A DNA stretch of 63,336 bases, the filler included, from Octopus bimaculoides (lineage: Eukaryota): NCBI RefSeq assembly GCF_001194135.2. It is 8 parts of 6 records of this genome, joined end to end, with 100 filler letters (N's around TTAATTAATTAA, not from the genome) between each part and the next. Parts side by side here need not be neighbours in the genome. Positions count along the whole stretch, not along the records: positions 1 to 16,557 come from NC_068981.1; 7 more parts are not named here. One strand, 5' to 3'. Below are positions 1 through 12,377 of the stretch, piece after piece. The translations under genes and the position numbers were made by a program. Within the stretch, counting starts at the first letter, position 1; each line of letters starts with the position of its first letter. Under the pieces are notes generated by a model. That model did no database searches, was not told the DNA's origin, and worked only from the letters and a program-made list of their open reading frames with translations.

Positions 1-42
<42 letters not shown>

Positions 43-230
43 ATATGTATGTATATAATATATGTATGCTTGTATGTATTTACACAAATTCACGTTACTT
101 CACATGAATGGAGAATAGACGAATACAGACAAACTCATGCAAAAATCATACATGTAGGCATATTATACATACATACATTATGTGTGTGTTTATATATTAG
201 TTGTGTATACACACACACACACACAGACAA

Positions 231-263
<33 letters not shown>

Positions 264-934
264 CATATATATATGTATACCTATATATTATATAAGGAAA
301 TTAGTTCTGTTAAGGTTTCAGTTGAAAGATTTACTCTAAATGTATTCTTAAAATTCTATACTGAATTTTGAACTATTCACTTTTTATTCTTGTTACTTAC
401 GTTGTTGATAATTATCCAATTTATTTCTTTTCAATTTAAAATTTTTCTGTTGCTGAATTGAAAACTGTTTTATCTCAGCACTGCAAAATTATTAATATAT
501 CTGCATTATACCAATATCAGAAATTGTATGTACTTTTTCAACAACAATGTTCGTGTGAAACAGCCTGTTCAGAATCACATTGAAGTTTCTTTTCTGTTTG
601 TTGACATATTTCCCATTGATAAGGAAATTGAAGAGAACTGTGAGAAGGATATGTAGCGTTAGTGAAGAAAATTATGAATAGTGGTAATGTTCTAGGCCCA
701 GGTGTCGTTACTTTATCTGTAGAATAAGCAATGTGTGGAGACAGCAAACCTTTGTACGAGAGTATTTAACAAATGTGTTAATGATCTTAGAAGAATTTTG
801 CCTGAGGCCTTTCTCTGAAAGCAACCTTTGACGTTTTAGTGTGCAGTTGCATCGTCTTTCTAGATCTGAGACGAAATATCTATTGTAAATCTTACTTGCT
901 CTCTTCAGTGTGCCGACAAAATGTGTAAAAAAAA

Positions 935-1239
935 TGTGAAGAAAGTTAAAAATTGAAAATTTGTTGGGAGGGAATTTAAAATTTTGAAAACATGATATTC
1001 GGAATCTCCGTGATGAAAGACATAGAAATCCGCCGAAAAAAAAAAAATCGGACGGTTTGTATAGCGTGATGGTTACAACCTCATATATGGGCGAGGGCCA
1101 ATATTTCGCCCCCACCTCCCTAGAACTATCCGCGAGCAATGAAAAACATTCAAGCCCAGATTGGTACTGACTGATCTGGGGGTTTGGCCGTGCATAAAGG
1201 ACACACACACACAGAGTGAATTTTATGTATATAGAGAGA
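935..1239 (-). mobile_element. Helitron-like non-autonomous element, 5' portion (truncated)
   Basis: The minus strand reads A|TCTCTCTATATACATAAAATTCACTCTGTGTGTGTGTGTCCTTTATGCACGGCCAAACCCCCAGATCAGTCAGTACCAATCTGGGCTTGAA. This is the typical TC start, TA-rich stretch, (GT)n and conserved block of non-autonomous Helitron 5' ends. No hairpin/CTRR 3' end was found to the left, and the left boundary is approximate. Confidence 0.5.
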
Positions 1240-1249
1240 TATATATTTC

Positions 1250-1746
1250 TTTCATTTTTTATCTATTTTATTTCACTTCTTTCAGTTATTTGATGCGGCC
1301 ATACTGAAGCACTGCCTTTAGTCGAAGAAATCGACCCAAGGACTTATTCTTTGTAAGCCTCGTTCTTATTTTATCGGTCTCTTTTGCCAAACCGCTAACT
1401 TACAGGGAAGTAGACAAGCCAACATTAGTTACCAAGTGATGGTGGGGGGACAAACACAAACACGGAGATACACAGACTCAGACAAACGTACGCACACGCA
1501 CGTGCCCGCGCACGCGCACGTACACGCGCACGCGCACGCGCGCACACACGCACACACAAACACAAACACACACACACATACACACACACACATATATATA
1601 TATATATGACAGGCTTCTTTAAGTTTCCGTGTAACAAATACACTGAGAAGACATTGGTCGGCTGGAGACTATAGTAGAGAACACTTGCCCAAAGTGCCAC
1701 GCAGTGCGACTGAACCCGGAACCATATGGTTAGGAAGAAAGCTCCT
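1250..1746 (-). mobile_element. tRNA-headed SINE, family B (internal microsatellite)
   Basis: tRNA-like head (GGTTCCGGGTTCAGTCGCACTGCGTGGCACTTTGGGCAAGTG on minus), internal (GT)n/(CG)n tract and a 3' tail of the CAGTATGGCCGCA type. Homologous to 10882-11266, 58344-58690 and 58803-59250. Confidence 0.85.
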
Positions 1747-2049
1747 TTATTTCATTAAATTTGCCATTTAGGCATTACACAGATTAGCAGAAGCTAGGGC
1801 TGGACAGAAACATTAATGAAATGAGATGAATAGTGTACATGATGATATAGATGGGAGAAGACAAAGCCTCCCACTGAACTTTGCTTCTCTAAAACTTTGT
1901 TCTGTTTTTTCTTTATATCATACATTTTAAACAAACAGAATTAAATTATAACAGTCAATTCAATTTCTAATATATGAGGCAACAAGCCTCTTACAAATGT
2001 TCATATTGTTCATGATATCTATCACTGAAACATTTTCGCCTTTCATACA

Positions 2050-3280
2050 TAACCCTCCTCACCACTTGTGTGTCCGATTCCCTTCAACACCCACGCCCTC
2101 TCTAGGCACACGTCGAGTGGCGTTTCGGCGTCGCCAGGCACCACGTAAAGTCATATAGCTTCTGCACTGTGTCCCATATTAAGGCCTCCACAATTATCTG
2201 CGGAGGCCATTCGGGATCCCGCATGCAAGCCATGGTTGCTCCCTTAGGATATTTTTCTAACTCCTTTTCTATCTCCACACATGTGTAGAAGAAGACCAAC
2301 GATTCTTCTTCCTCCGGTAAAGAGATAGACTTTTCCACCGTCGGTGGCACAATTCCCAGCGGCGGTGGTTCAACCTCCGTTGGCACCCTTTTGTTTTTTT
2401 TTCTTTTTTCCGGTGGGATAAGAAGAGTCCGCCGGTTTACCCGGGGGAACTCAATCCCTCTTCCAACACTACATTTGTTTGAGGTTTCGGCGGGCTACTA
2501 TTAATGCCTGCCTTTCTCTTCTTTCCTCTTTCTGTTGAGGCTACTGCCTCCTCATTATTTTCCTGCAGAGCAGAACTACTTTTTTTAATGGGTGTCTGTT
2601 CCTGGGTCACTTGCGTGTCCCGGCGACAAGTCTCCCCCTCCAATAGTGGGGGCACGTTTTCTTTATTCNNNNNNNNNNNNNNNNNNNNNNNNNNNNNNNN
2701 NNNNNNNNNNNNNNNNNNNNNNNNNNNNNNNNNNNNNNNNNNNNNNNNNNNNNNNNNNNNNNNNNNNNNNNNNNNNNNNNNNNNNNNNNNNNNNNNNNNN
2801 NNNNNNNNNNNNNNNNNNNNNNNNNNNNNNNNNNNNNNNNNNNNNNNNNNNNNNNNNNNNNNNNNNNNNNNNNNNNNNNNNNNNNNNNNNNNNNNNNNNN
2901 NNNNNNAGCTTGTGTCACTTTCTTCCCACAGTAAGTGGGGAGAAACAAGATATCCTGCCCTACAATGCGTATCTGGAGTCGAGATACTCCCCCAGAAAGG
3001 AAGTCACAACACAAGCTTGCTACGCAAGCCTCAATGCACAAAAAACAGCAGCCACCGAAAGCAGGCAAAATTGTCCCATAGCTGTGAGCGATTTATTAAC
3101 AAAAAATATACTATAATAAATTTCTCCCAGCTTAGAAAAAATACACAATCACCTACCTTGCCATCCGTTCTCTGTATTTGTTGTTCTTTTTTTGTTTTTG
3201 GATGGAGCGCTATTGGCTCACATCCGCCTTGGTCTGCTGTACGAAGAAGACTAACTCTCCAATACCGGAAGTAAACTTCT
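2050..3280 (-). mobile_element. Degenerate, GC-richer coding remnant, possibly ORF1-like region of a non-LTR retrotransposon
   Basis: Consecutive minus-strand ORF pieces with non-repetitive, protein-like composition (2102-2386, 2437-2655, 2607-3068) are broken by stops and a gap. No diagnostic motif was recognised. Confidence 0.3.
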
Positions 3281-3826
3281 TACCACACAGCCACTCATAC
3301 GCACACATAGATGGAGATGCATACATATAAAAATATAAACATTTACATGCACAAACACACACACACATACACACGCATACATACACACACACACACATAT
3401 ATATATACATACATATGTATACATCCATTCATCCATTCATCCACCCATCCATCCCTCTATCCATACATACATACATACATGTAGCTCACTCCATTTGAGA
3501 ACTGGATGGAAATCTCCCTGGCAATGATAATCATTTGATTGGTACTTGAACCAAACGTAACTCGTCATAGGGCTGGACTCTACTTAGCTCATGTTATGTA
3601 CTCAATACTCCTATGAACTAAGGTTTTCAATGTCCTTTACTAATAATACTAGTGTGAAAAGAGCAGAGCACGGTTATATTGAAATGGAAATCGATTAAAT
3701 ATTATAATTAAATCTGCATTGACTTCTCGTACAGCCTAATTTTATGATTGCACACACACACATATACGCACACACAGAGACGCGCGCGCGCATACACAGA
3801 TACACACACACACATACACACACACA

Positions 3827-3860
<34 letters not shown>

Positions 3861-3890
3861 TATATATATATAAGATAGATAGATAGATAT

Positions 3891-3923
<33 letters not shown>

Positions 3924-5718
3924 AGTAGTTGTGTGAGCATGTACGTGTGTTCATATATAAAAAAACCGTAGAAAATATTTTGTCTAGGACATGCCTGTAG
4001 CCTGTGTGAGGATGACTAAAATTTAGACATCAGCAAACTAAAAATGCCACTCCTTGTTGGAGTAGTTACCACCTCTTTAGAGGTATTTCCATGGATGATC
4101 CAATGAAACGTTCCGGTACAATTTGCTTCAAGTAACACAGACTTCCTCTAGAATCTTCAATGCTGCATACCATGGCTGGATTTTTGGACCCAATAGGAAG
4201 GTAGATATATCATTAGGAATTCCAATCTACACGTGATGGAATGCATGTACGAATATACCATTATACACCTTCCATTGAAGACTATTCCTAAGAAGAAAGA
4301 AATACGTAGGATTTAGAAAGATCAAACTTTATATTAAGTCTTATGGTATCTTGAAAATGTGAGAGCAAAATTAATGTCTCGCATGACAAATATAGTATCA
4401 GAATATCCTGGTTCTTGATAACAACGTATACAGCGTTACATCACCTATAACATGTGATTAGGAGAGGTCTTTTAAGAGCTGAAAGAGACATGAAGTTCCA
4501 TCTACAAAGTTTTGACCCTGGTGCTCTGTTATAGTTGATAATGTCTGCAGTCACTGAGGAAGAACCCAAAATATTCTAGGAATCTGTTGACCTGCAGTTT
4601 CCAATCGGTTCTATTTGCCATCTAAACGAAAATATTTGGACCTGAATACAAGTATACTCAGTGTTCGGTAACTCGAATAAAGATCGCTGTATGAATTTAA
4701 AGACATCGAAAACACTACCGCCTTAGAAAGCAAAGTATGTCAAGCTAGAGTTTGTAAAGCTGTGGTCAACCCAGATAAGAACGAAGCATCTAGGTGTCAA
4801 ATGAAGAACTGCAAGTTTCAACGGAAACAGAAAATATTCAATAAAATGTAGAACCTGGAAGACATATCCTATATGTTTTCTCGTATACCTTTCAAGATGT
4901 CAAGATATACAATACAGCTACTCACTAATGTCGAAATAGATTTCAGTCTCGTCTGGAAGCAACTCATTAGTGAATGGCTGTATCTAATTCTGTGTATATG
5001 AAAGTACGTGGGCTTTCATGTTCAAATGTATTTGAAAAGATGTGTATATTAAAATTTGTTAAGCTGTGTAGCTACACAGGTCTATGCCTTCATCTATCAG
5101 CTACCAATGAAAAATAGGTATTAACGTCAAATATTAACATCCATATTTATCTCTAAAGCCAGTATAATAAAAAAAAATAGAAATTCTTACCCAGTTGAAG
5201 TTAAACTTAAGCCTTTAACATAAACTTAAGCCTTGAACATAAACTATTTTATTACATCTATCTTTAACATGCTCTCTTTTACAAGTTTATAGGTGCAACA
5301 GCCTGTTGCACCTATATCTAAATAATGCTCGAACGAACCGTTACAATAGCGAAGAAACAACTATTAAGTTCCATCACTTATATATCCATCCTAGCAGAAG
5401 TTTCTTTACAAGATTCAACAAAGCTTCTAAAATAAACCACTAAATGTGACTTATCTATGACCTCTATGCCTATACAAATGTAGTTTTCAGCCCTTGTATT
5501 TACTCACAACATTGAATATAACTTAAAACTAGCTCATAAACAAATGATAATTCCTTTAGCTATCCAAATACTTCCAACACAGATTAAGATGTTGAAACGA
5601 AATAGAGGAGACTTAGTATACTTCCTTTCCTTCCCCTACCGTAAAAGTTAGTTTCCATCCTCCCACCTGCCTTTATGTTTTTCTCCACAGTTTGATTCTA
5701 CTAATATTTCTTTCACCC

Positions 5719-5938
5719 GAGGCGCGGAACTATCACAATCGTTAGCACGTCGGGCAAAATGCTTTGCGGCATTTCGTCCGTTTTTCAGTTTCGAGTTCAA
5801 CCTCCACCGAGGTCGACTTTCTGTGTCATCCTTTCTGAGCACTGGGCTGAATTAAATACCAGTTCAGCACTGGGCTCGATGCAATCGATTAACCCTTCTG
5901 TCTAAATTGCTGGCCTTGTGCAAAAGTTTAAAACCAAC
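5719..5938 (+). mobile_element. tRNA-headed SINE, family A (Nin-like central domain), diverged copy
   Basis: Contains GTTAGCACG..GGGC.AAATGCTT, a B-box-like GAGTTCAACCTCC and GAGGTCGACT..TCATCCTTTC..TACCAGTT. Homologous to 25895-26116 and 34748-34960. Confidence 0.8.
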
Positions 5939-6072
5939 ACTTCTTTCATCCTATACATTATCTTTTCTCTAATTCAACAACACTCGTGCACAAGCACGCA
6001 AACACACACACACATACACACACACACAAACACACACACACACAGACACAGACACACACACACACATATATA

Positions 6073-6350
6073 TATTGTCCTTGCCTTCGAAACGCGGAGT
6101 AGATGGAACAGGGACAACTGAAGAAGGGTATTATTCTTTAAGTTGCATGTCTCGTTTCTCAATTTGATTTTGTTTTCGTTGTTCGAAAAAGGATTCGTTT
6201 TCTGTCTTCGTCGTTATGTTTTCGTTTCTCATGGTGTTTAGCTTTTGTTTTTGTGATGTCCTGTACCCATATATGCATGTATGTATACATATAGATGTCG
6301 GTATGTACATATATGTATGGATATATGCGTATATTTATATATTTTCTATG
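6073..6350 (+). repeat. Interspersed ~280-bp repeat, copy 1 (inverted relative to 8515-8794)
   Basis: TATTGTCCTTGCCTTCGAAACG(C/T)GGAGTAGATGGAACAGGGACAACTGA(A/C)GAAGGG...GATGTCCTGTACCCATATATGCATG matches the reverse complement of 8515-8794. Confidence 0.85.
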
Positions 6351-6351
6351 T

Positions 6352-6396
<45 letters not shown>

Positions 6397-7086
6397 GTGC
6401 GTGCGTGTGTGTGTTTATGTGTATGTATACATAAACACAAACACACAAACACATATTGATGTATGTATGTACGTATGTATGCATGTATGTATGTATGTAT
6501 GCATGTATGTGTGTATGTATGCATGTATGTGTGTATGTACGTACGTACATATCATAGCGTAACTGGTGGTTGTGTTGCACTGGTAGATGGAGAATATTTA
6601 TTGCCTGATGTAGTCACTTCTTTTTTTTAATATTTAAAAAAAAAACTTGGCTCTGTTGATTTGGTTACAAAGCCTGTAAGCTACTCATGGGTCAGGCAAC
6701 ATGGAGGACATTTTCAAGAGTGATTGCACAGCTTGATTTCTTGTTAAGTCTACTGACTTGACCATTTAGTCGAACATATTCTTCAGCTTTTCTATGTATT
6801 TTGTTGTTCGCCACACGCCCGGAACATATCTATAATTACACAGACTACAAGTACTTAATTGAAAATGCAAGAAATATTAGATTACTGTGTTTTGAAAAGA
6901 AAAAAAAAATTAAAATAAGATATAATAAATTTTAAAATAAATAAATAAATTTTAAGAAGTGCGTGTTTATCATTCAGATGTTCTCGCGAAATTCCTGAAT
7001 CTGTCTGCCGCTTGAGTGATTGAAATGAATAGAAATGTAGGTTTTTCCAAAGAAATTAATGGATAATGACAAGTGGAATATATACG

Positions 7087-7118
<32 letters not shown>

Positions 7119-7248
7119 CGTGTGTGTTTGTATGTATGTGTGTGCGCGCGCGCGTGATTGTGGAAGCGTGTGTGTGCATATATATATATATACATACATG
7201 CATACACACACACATACGCACATGCACACACGCACACATATACATATA

Positions 7249-8481
7249 TTGGGATGGCAACTAAGTTCCCGCCGTTTTTTTAAATTTCGGAATTTAGTTC
7301 GTTATTAAATTTTGGAATCTATTTTGTTTTTGTTTGCTAGTTAATTTTACTTAATTTTTGTTTATTTTCAGATCATTATGATGGGATGCCAAGTTAAGAA
7401 AAACGAGCATTTTCAACACCTCCTTCGTTTTACTTTTAATCCACGTTCTAAGGCTGCAAAAGCTGCTCGCGATATTTGTGCTGTGTATTGAGAGGGTGCC
7501 ATAGCTGAAAGAACCACTCGTGATTGGTAAGCCAAGTTCAAAAATGGAAATTTTGACGTGAAATTCGCACTTCGTTCTGGCCGTCCATTTGAGTTCGATG
7601 AAGAGCGATTAAACCAACTTTTGTGCAAAAATTCTCGTCAAACGACAAGGGAACTGGCAGAGGAAATGGAACGCTCCCACACTGGTATAGAAAGCATCTT
7701 CACTCGATGGGAAATTTTCAGAAGTATAGAGCATAGGTTCCACATGCTTTAACTGGCAACCAAAAAAATCAACGAGCCACAATCTCCGCTGGATTGCTTG
7801 TTCGTCACCGCTCAACTCATGGACACTAGCAACGATTTTTTTTTTATCGAATCGTTACATGCGATGAAAAATGGTACCTGAAGCAGCATAAGGAATGGAT
7901 TAGCCCTGGTAAACGAGCGAAACCGCGCGTGAAACAAGATCTTCATCCGCATAAAACGATGTTGTGCTTATGGTGGGACTGGAAAGGAATTACCCACTAC
8001 GAATTGCTTGAACGGAACCAAACGGTCAATCCTATGTTCAACAGATGGAACGACTCACCACGGCTATTCAAGAGAAAAGACCTAATCGGTAGCATGGAGT
8101 TCTTCTGCTGCACGACAACGCCCATCCTCATATCACCATTATGACTAACGAAGCCATTCAAACACATGGCTGGGAAGTGCTGCCACACTCGCAGTACTCT
8201 CCTGATTTGGCACCAACGGATTTCCATCTATTTCGATCTCTTTCAAATGCTATGCGCGGAGTTTTGTTCAATATTGACGCAGAATTCAGAGCTTGGTTGC
8301 ATCAATTTTTTGAGTCGAAATCGGGTGATTTCTACCAACGAAGTATTGAGAATCTTGTTGAACGTTGGAAGGAAGTTGTAAACAACGGTAAATACATTAT
8401 TGATTAATTAGTTGTTATTCCTTTTATTAGACCTTTTAAAAAATTGAAAAAAAAAACGCACGAACTTAGTTGCTAACCCAA
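7249..8481 (+). mobile_element. Full-length but inactive mariner (Tc1/mariner DD34D) transposon, mellifera-like subfamily
   Basis: TIRs are TTGGGATGGCAACTAAGTTCCCGCCGTTTTTT and the reverse complement TTGGGTTAGCAACTAAGTTCGTGCGTTTTTT, with TA on both flanks. The broken transposase (7381-8407) reads MGCQVKKNEHF..RSGRPFEFD..TTRELAE, IVTCDEKW, LHPHKTMLCLWWD, LLHDNAHPH and YSPDLAPTDFHLF, with in-frame stops and frameshifts. Confidence 0.95.
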
Positions 8482-8514
8482 TATATATATATAATGATAA
8501 TAATAATATTAATA

Positions 8515-8794
8515 TAAATAATATATAAATATATGCATATATCCATACATATATGTGCATACCTACATCTATATGTATACATACATGCATATATGGGTAC
8601 AGGACATCAAATGGGTACAGGACATAAAAAAAACCTTAAGCACAATGAGAAACGAAAACATAAAAACGAAAAAAGAAAACGAACTTTTTTCGAACAATAA
8701 AAAAAAAACAAACAAACAGGGAAACATAAAGAGTATAGCCCTTCGTCAGTTGTCCCTGTTCCATCTACTCCACGTTTCGAAGGCAAGGACAATA
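8515..8794 (-). repeat. Interspersed ~280-bp repeat, copy 2
   Basis: Reverse complement of 6073-6350. It carries an extra 18-bp tandem duplication, ATGGGTACAGGACATCAA. Confidence 0.85.
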
Positions 8795-8876
8795 CGCGAC
8801 TTCGTTGGAACAGTCGTTCCCGCAAAGCAAATTAAATAAAATTTTGAATTTTTGCGGAGGGTGAAAGTGTTAACAA

Positions 8877-8932
8877 GAACAGGACAGTGAGAACAGGGCA
8901 ATGAGAACAGGACAATGAGAACAAGACAGTGA
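8877..8932 (+). repeat. 14-bp minisatellite x4
   Basis: GAACAGGACAGTGA / GAACAGGGCAATGA / GAACAGGACAATGA / GAACAAGACAGTGA. Confidence 0.9.
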
Positions 8933-8994
8933 TAATAAACGGTAAGGGCTGTTAAGCCAAGATGATAGAAAAAAAATTATTTTGAACACTAGTT

Positions 8995-9110
8995 AGTCCA
9001 TGAAAAAGGTAGCAGTATTACCAATAATTGTCGGAGCCCTGGGAACAGTCAGCAACAATCTCGAAAAGTACGTGGAATAAATAGGGGATGTAATAGGAGT
9101 GGATCACTTG
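8995..9110 (+). mobile_element. RLE-type LINE (R4/Dong-like) C-terminal fragment
   Basis: Translates SMKKVAVLPIIVGALGTVSNNLEKYVE*IGDVIGVDHL. The PIIVGALG motif follows the restriction-like endonuclease in these LINEs. Confidence 0.7.
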
Positions 9111-9969
9111 GTGCGCGACAAATAAGAGGAAGATGGCGCTTATCTTGAAATTCAGACCATCCTGGATCAAGATCACAGATCTACCCACCATTAAGATATA
9201 TAAATCTCGTATCAATCGAAAATGGGTGCAGAGATAAGTAAATCTCGTATTCTGCAAAGATGGGCAACAATGCTTGTCCTTTAGAAATGCAGTCTCATTA
9301 AGATTCACGGCATCTATACTTAGTGACTCGAGATCAACGAGTTAGTGCAACTCTAAGCCGCATGCATTTATACTGTCTATTCCGAGCATGGCTATGTTTG
9401 TCAGAGTGAATAGCTCTACTTACCCTATATCTGTTGAAAGACAGTTATTCTGTCTTGTCTATTTCTGGGTGCCCGCCAAAACATGTCTTCGGGACAATTT
9501 ATTTTCAGTTTCTTGTATGTTTATTGCGTTGTTTTTATGTGGATAAGGATGGTGTGGGAGTTCAATGTATTCCTTCAGAGTAATGTCTGTTTATTTTTAA
9601 TATGTTCTTGTTGTTTGTGTCTGTGTCCGTTTTATTGATAATGATTTGAGACTGCGGTACACGTTGCTGATCTATATTGTTATGCGTTTTCGTTTGTTGA
9701 GGTATTTGCAATCTTAGTAGTATTTGCAGTTTTGTTATTGTACAATGTGTGAGTGTGGGACTGCTTGTTGGCTTCATTTTTAGTATTTTACTCCACTTCT
9801 TATTTTGTGGTTTCCTTTTCTTTTTTTCCTTTTACCAGGATCCATTTTGGTTTTTTTCTCAAACGGCTTTCCTCGCTAGACAAATTTTCGCAGTCGGAGA
9901 AATGTGTGGCTGGGGAAAGAGATATGTTTGCACTGTCACTTATCCCTATGTTAGTGGCCTGGTCGACTG

Positions 9970-9991
9970 GTGTGTGTCTGTGTGTGTGTGA

Positions 9992-10085
<94 letters not shown>

Positions 10086-10092
10086 GTGTGTG
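9970..10092 (+). repeat. (GT)n microsatellite
   Basis: About 120 bp of nearly pure GT repeat. Confidence 0.95.
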
Positions 10093-10257
10093 TCTTATCT
10101 CTCGGTTGAGACGGTGTAGGTTATATTTTTGCTTCTCTCCTGTGTGCCACAAATGCTTGATGCGGGTTTTGTATGAATTTCTCCTGCTGCAACTTCTGGT
10201 GATCCTTTTGTTCCTTTGGATGTTGCTGCACTTGGCACTGATGTTGTACATCAATGT

Positions 10258-10640
10258 ATCTGTTGGCACTCCGTCCCTTACAACGTCGAGGGTTCCAGTT
10301 GATCCGATCAACGGAACAGACTGCTCGTGAAATTAACGTGCAAGTGGCTGAGCACTCCACAGACACGTGTACCCTTAACGTAGTTTTCGGGGATATTCAG
10401 CGTGACGCACTGTGACAAGGCTGACCCATTGAATTACAGGCACAACAGAAACAGGAAGGAAGCGTGAGAGAAAGTTGTGGTGAAAGAGTACAGCAGGGTT
10501 CGCCACCATCCCCTGCCGGAGCCTCGTGGTGCTTTAGGTGTTTTCGTTAAAAAAAAACTCAAAACGCCTGGTCTGGAAATCGAAATCGTGATCCTATGAC
10601 CGCGAGTCCGCTGCCCTAAACACTGGGCCATTGCACCACA
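10258..10640 (-). mobile_element. tRNA-headed SINE, family C
   Basis: The minus-strand head GTGGTGCAATGGCCCAGTGTTTAGGGCAGCGGACTCGCGGTCATAGGATCACGATTTCGATTTCC has A- and B-box-like motifs and is followed by a GC-richer body. The 3' boundary is approximate. Confidence 0.7.
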
Positions 10641-10881
10641 CATCAATGTTTTCTTCCTCATTCCTTTCAGTCAAAGTCCGTAGATCCGAAACGTCAGACA
10701 TTTTCGTTTTCTTGAGCGACACACTTATACACCTTGTTTATTATTCCCTCAACCGTCTCTGTCGTCTTTTTTTGTTTTGTTATTTGTGCATTTGAACCAC
10801 ACACACCCACGTACGTGCGGGGGCGCGCGCACACACACAAATACACAAACACAGACAGACACACACACACACACACACACG

Positions 10882-11266
10882 TATACTCTTTTACGCTCTT
10901 ACTTGTTTCAGTCATTTGACTGCCGCCATGCTGGAGCACCACCTTTAGTCGAGCAAATCGACCCCAGAACTTATTCTTTGTAAGTCTAGTACTTATTCTA
11001 TCGATCTCTTTTGCGGAACCGCTATGTTACGAGGACGTAAACACACCAGCATCAGTTGTTGAGCGATGTTGGGGGAACAAACACAGACACACAAACACAT
11101 AAATATACATATACATATATACGACGAGCTTCTTTCAGTCTCCATCTACCAAATCCACTCACAAGGTTTTGGTCGGCCCGAGGCAATAGTAGAAGACACT
11201 TGCCCAAGTTGCCACGCAGTAGGACTGAACACGGAACCATGTGGTTGGGAAGCAAACTACTCCTTT
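10882..11266 (-). mobile_element. tRNA-headed SINE, family B
   Basis: Homologous end to end to 1250-1746, with tail GGTGGTGCTCCAGCATGGCGGCAGTCAAATGACTGAAACAAGTAAGAG on minus. Confidence 0.9.
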
Positions 11267-11319
11267 GCCTACTCCTGTTCTTATGCATACATTTCTGATT
11301 GAGTGACAGATAGATAGAG

Positions 11320-11362
11320 AGAAAGAGAAAGAAAGAAAGAAAGAAAGAAAGACAAAAAAGGA

Positions 11363-11394
<32 letters not shown>

Positions 11395-11420
11395 AGGAAG
11401 GAAGGAAAGAAAGAGAGAGG
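11320..11420 (+). repeat. (GAAA)n/(GGAA)n microsatellite
   Basis: Direct reading. Confidence 0.9.
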
Positions 11421-12233
11421 GAGACAGAATGCTATGGGCTCTGGTGATATATTTAAGTGGTGCACGTGTTTAAATCATTGATGTCTACTTACGCACGTGC
11501 CTATAGACCTTTATGTACGTCCATATATAATCGTCACCAATATTTATAATTTTGCAGCTGCTTCTCTTTATTTCTTCAAATCCTTAACATCATCATAGTT
11601 TAACACCTTTCCTAGATACATTATCTCTCTGATATTACTTTAGTCTAATTCACATTATAGCCACCATATCCTCCCCAATTGCGACACCTTTGCCAAAGGC
11701 AGAAAACATAGAATAGCATTCTAACACTATAGGTTGTGTTAATAATCTAACGAAAACAATATCTGTCTGCAAATATCTCCCATGCTGTGATAATAAAATA
11801 AGGAATGGTTTATACTACTATATACAAAAATCTGTTACCAAATATTTGTTTGATAATGCAATCTCAAGTCTACACGTCCAATCTGTGTCTTTATCAATTG
11901 AGAAGATGTTTATCTGAAATAAACTAAAATACCTGTCTGTTTTTTTTATTTTCATATATATATGTACACTTAAATTTACACTCGCGTGTGCACTCATATT
12001 CTTATGTATAATAGGCACGCACGCGTACGCATAGATATTAGTGTATGTCTGTATGCATATTTTCGCTTTGAGCTCTCAACTAATAATTCAAATGTAGAGA
12101 TGCTCTCGAGATATAGTCTTCTTTGGTACTTTAACTTTAGTAGAGTCCATCCCTCTCCAGTTTTAAAACCAGTCGATCTCTTCTAGAATGAGAAAAAGAA
12201 AGAGAAAGAATGACAGCGAGAAAATAATATGTT

Positions 12234-12377
<144 letters not shown>

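Noticed and set aside
520-830. Short protein-like frames near 530-830 (e.g. minus SLQFPYQWEIC, plus NHIEVSFLFVDIFP)
   Set aside because: There are no convincing splice boundaries or recognisable family motif, and several frames look equally plausible.
4000-5100. Faint LINE endonuclease-like words on minus (SRVDWNS, VVTTPTR)
   Set aside because: The matches are a few residues in different frames, too degenerate to call without a profile search.
6073-6135. Hammerhead call for the GAAAC...CTGANGA words in the 280-bp repeat
   Set aside because: The order implies type II topology, but no stem I can form between them and the 10.1-11.1 pair is A-C. CCTTCG/CGAAGG pairing would also sequester the core.
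10560-10640. tRNA gene calls for SINE heads (also ~15930-16003, 38940-39010, 53549-53620)
   Set aside because: They have A/B boxes but no complete cloverleaf or acceptor stem, and they continue into SINE bodies.
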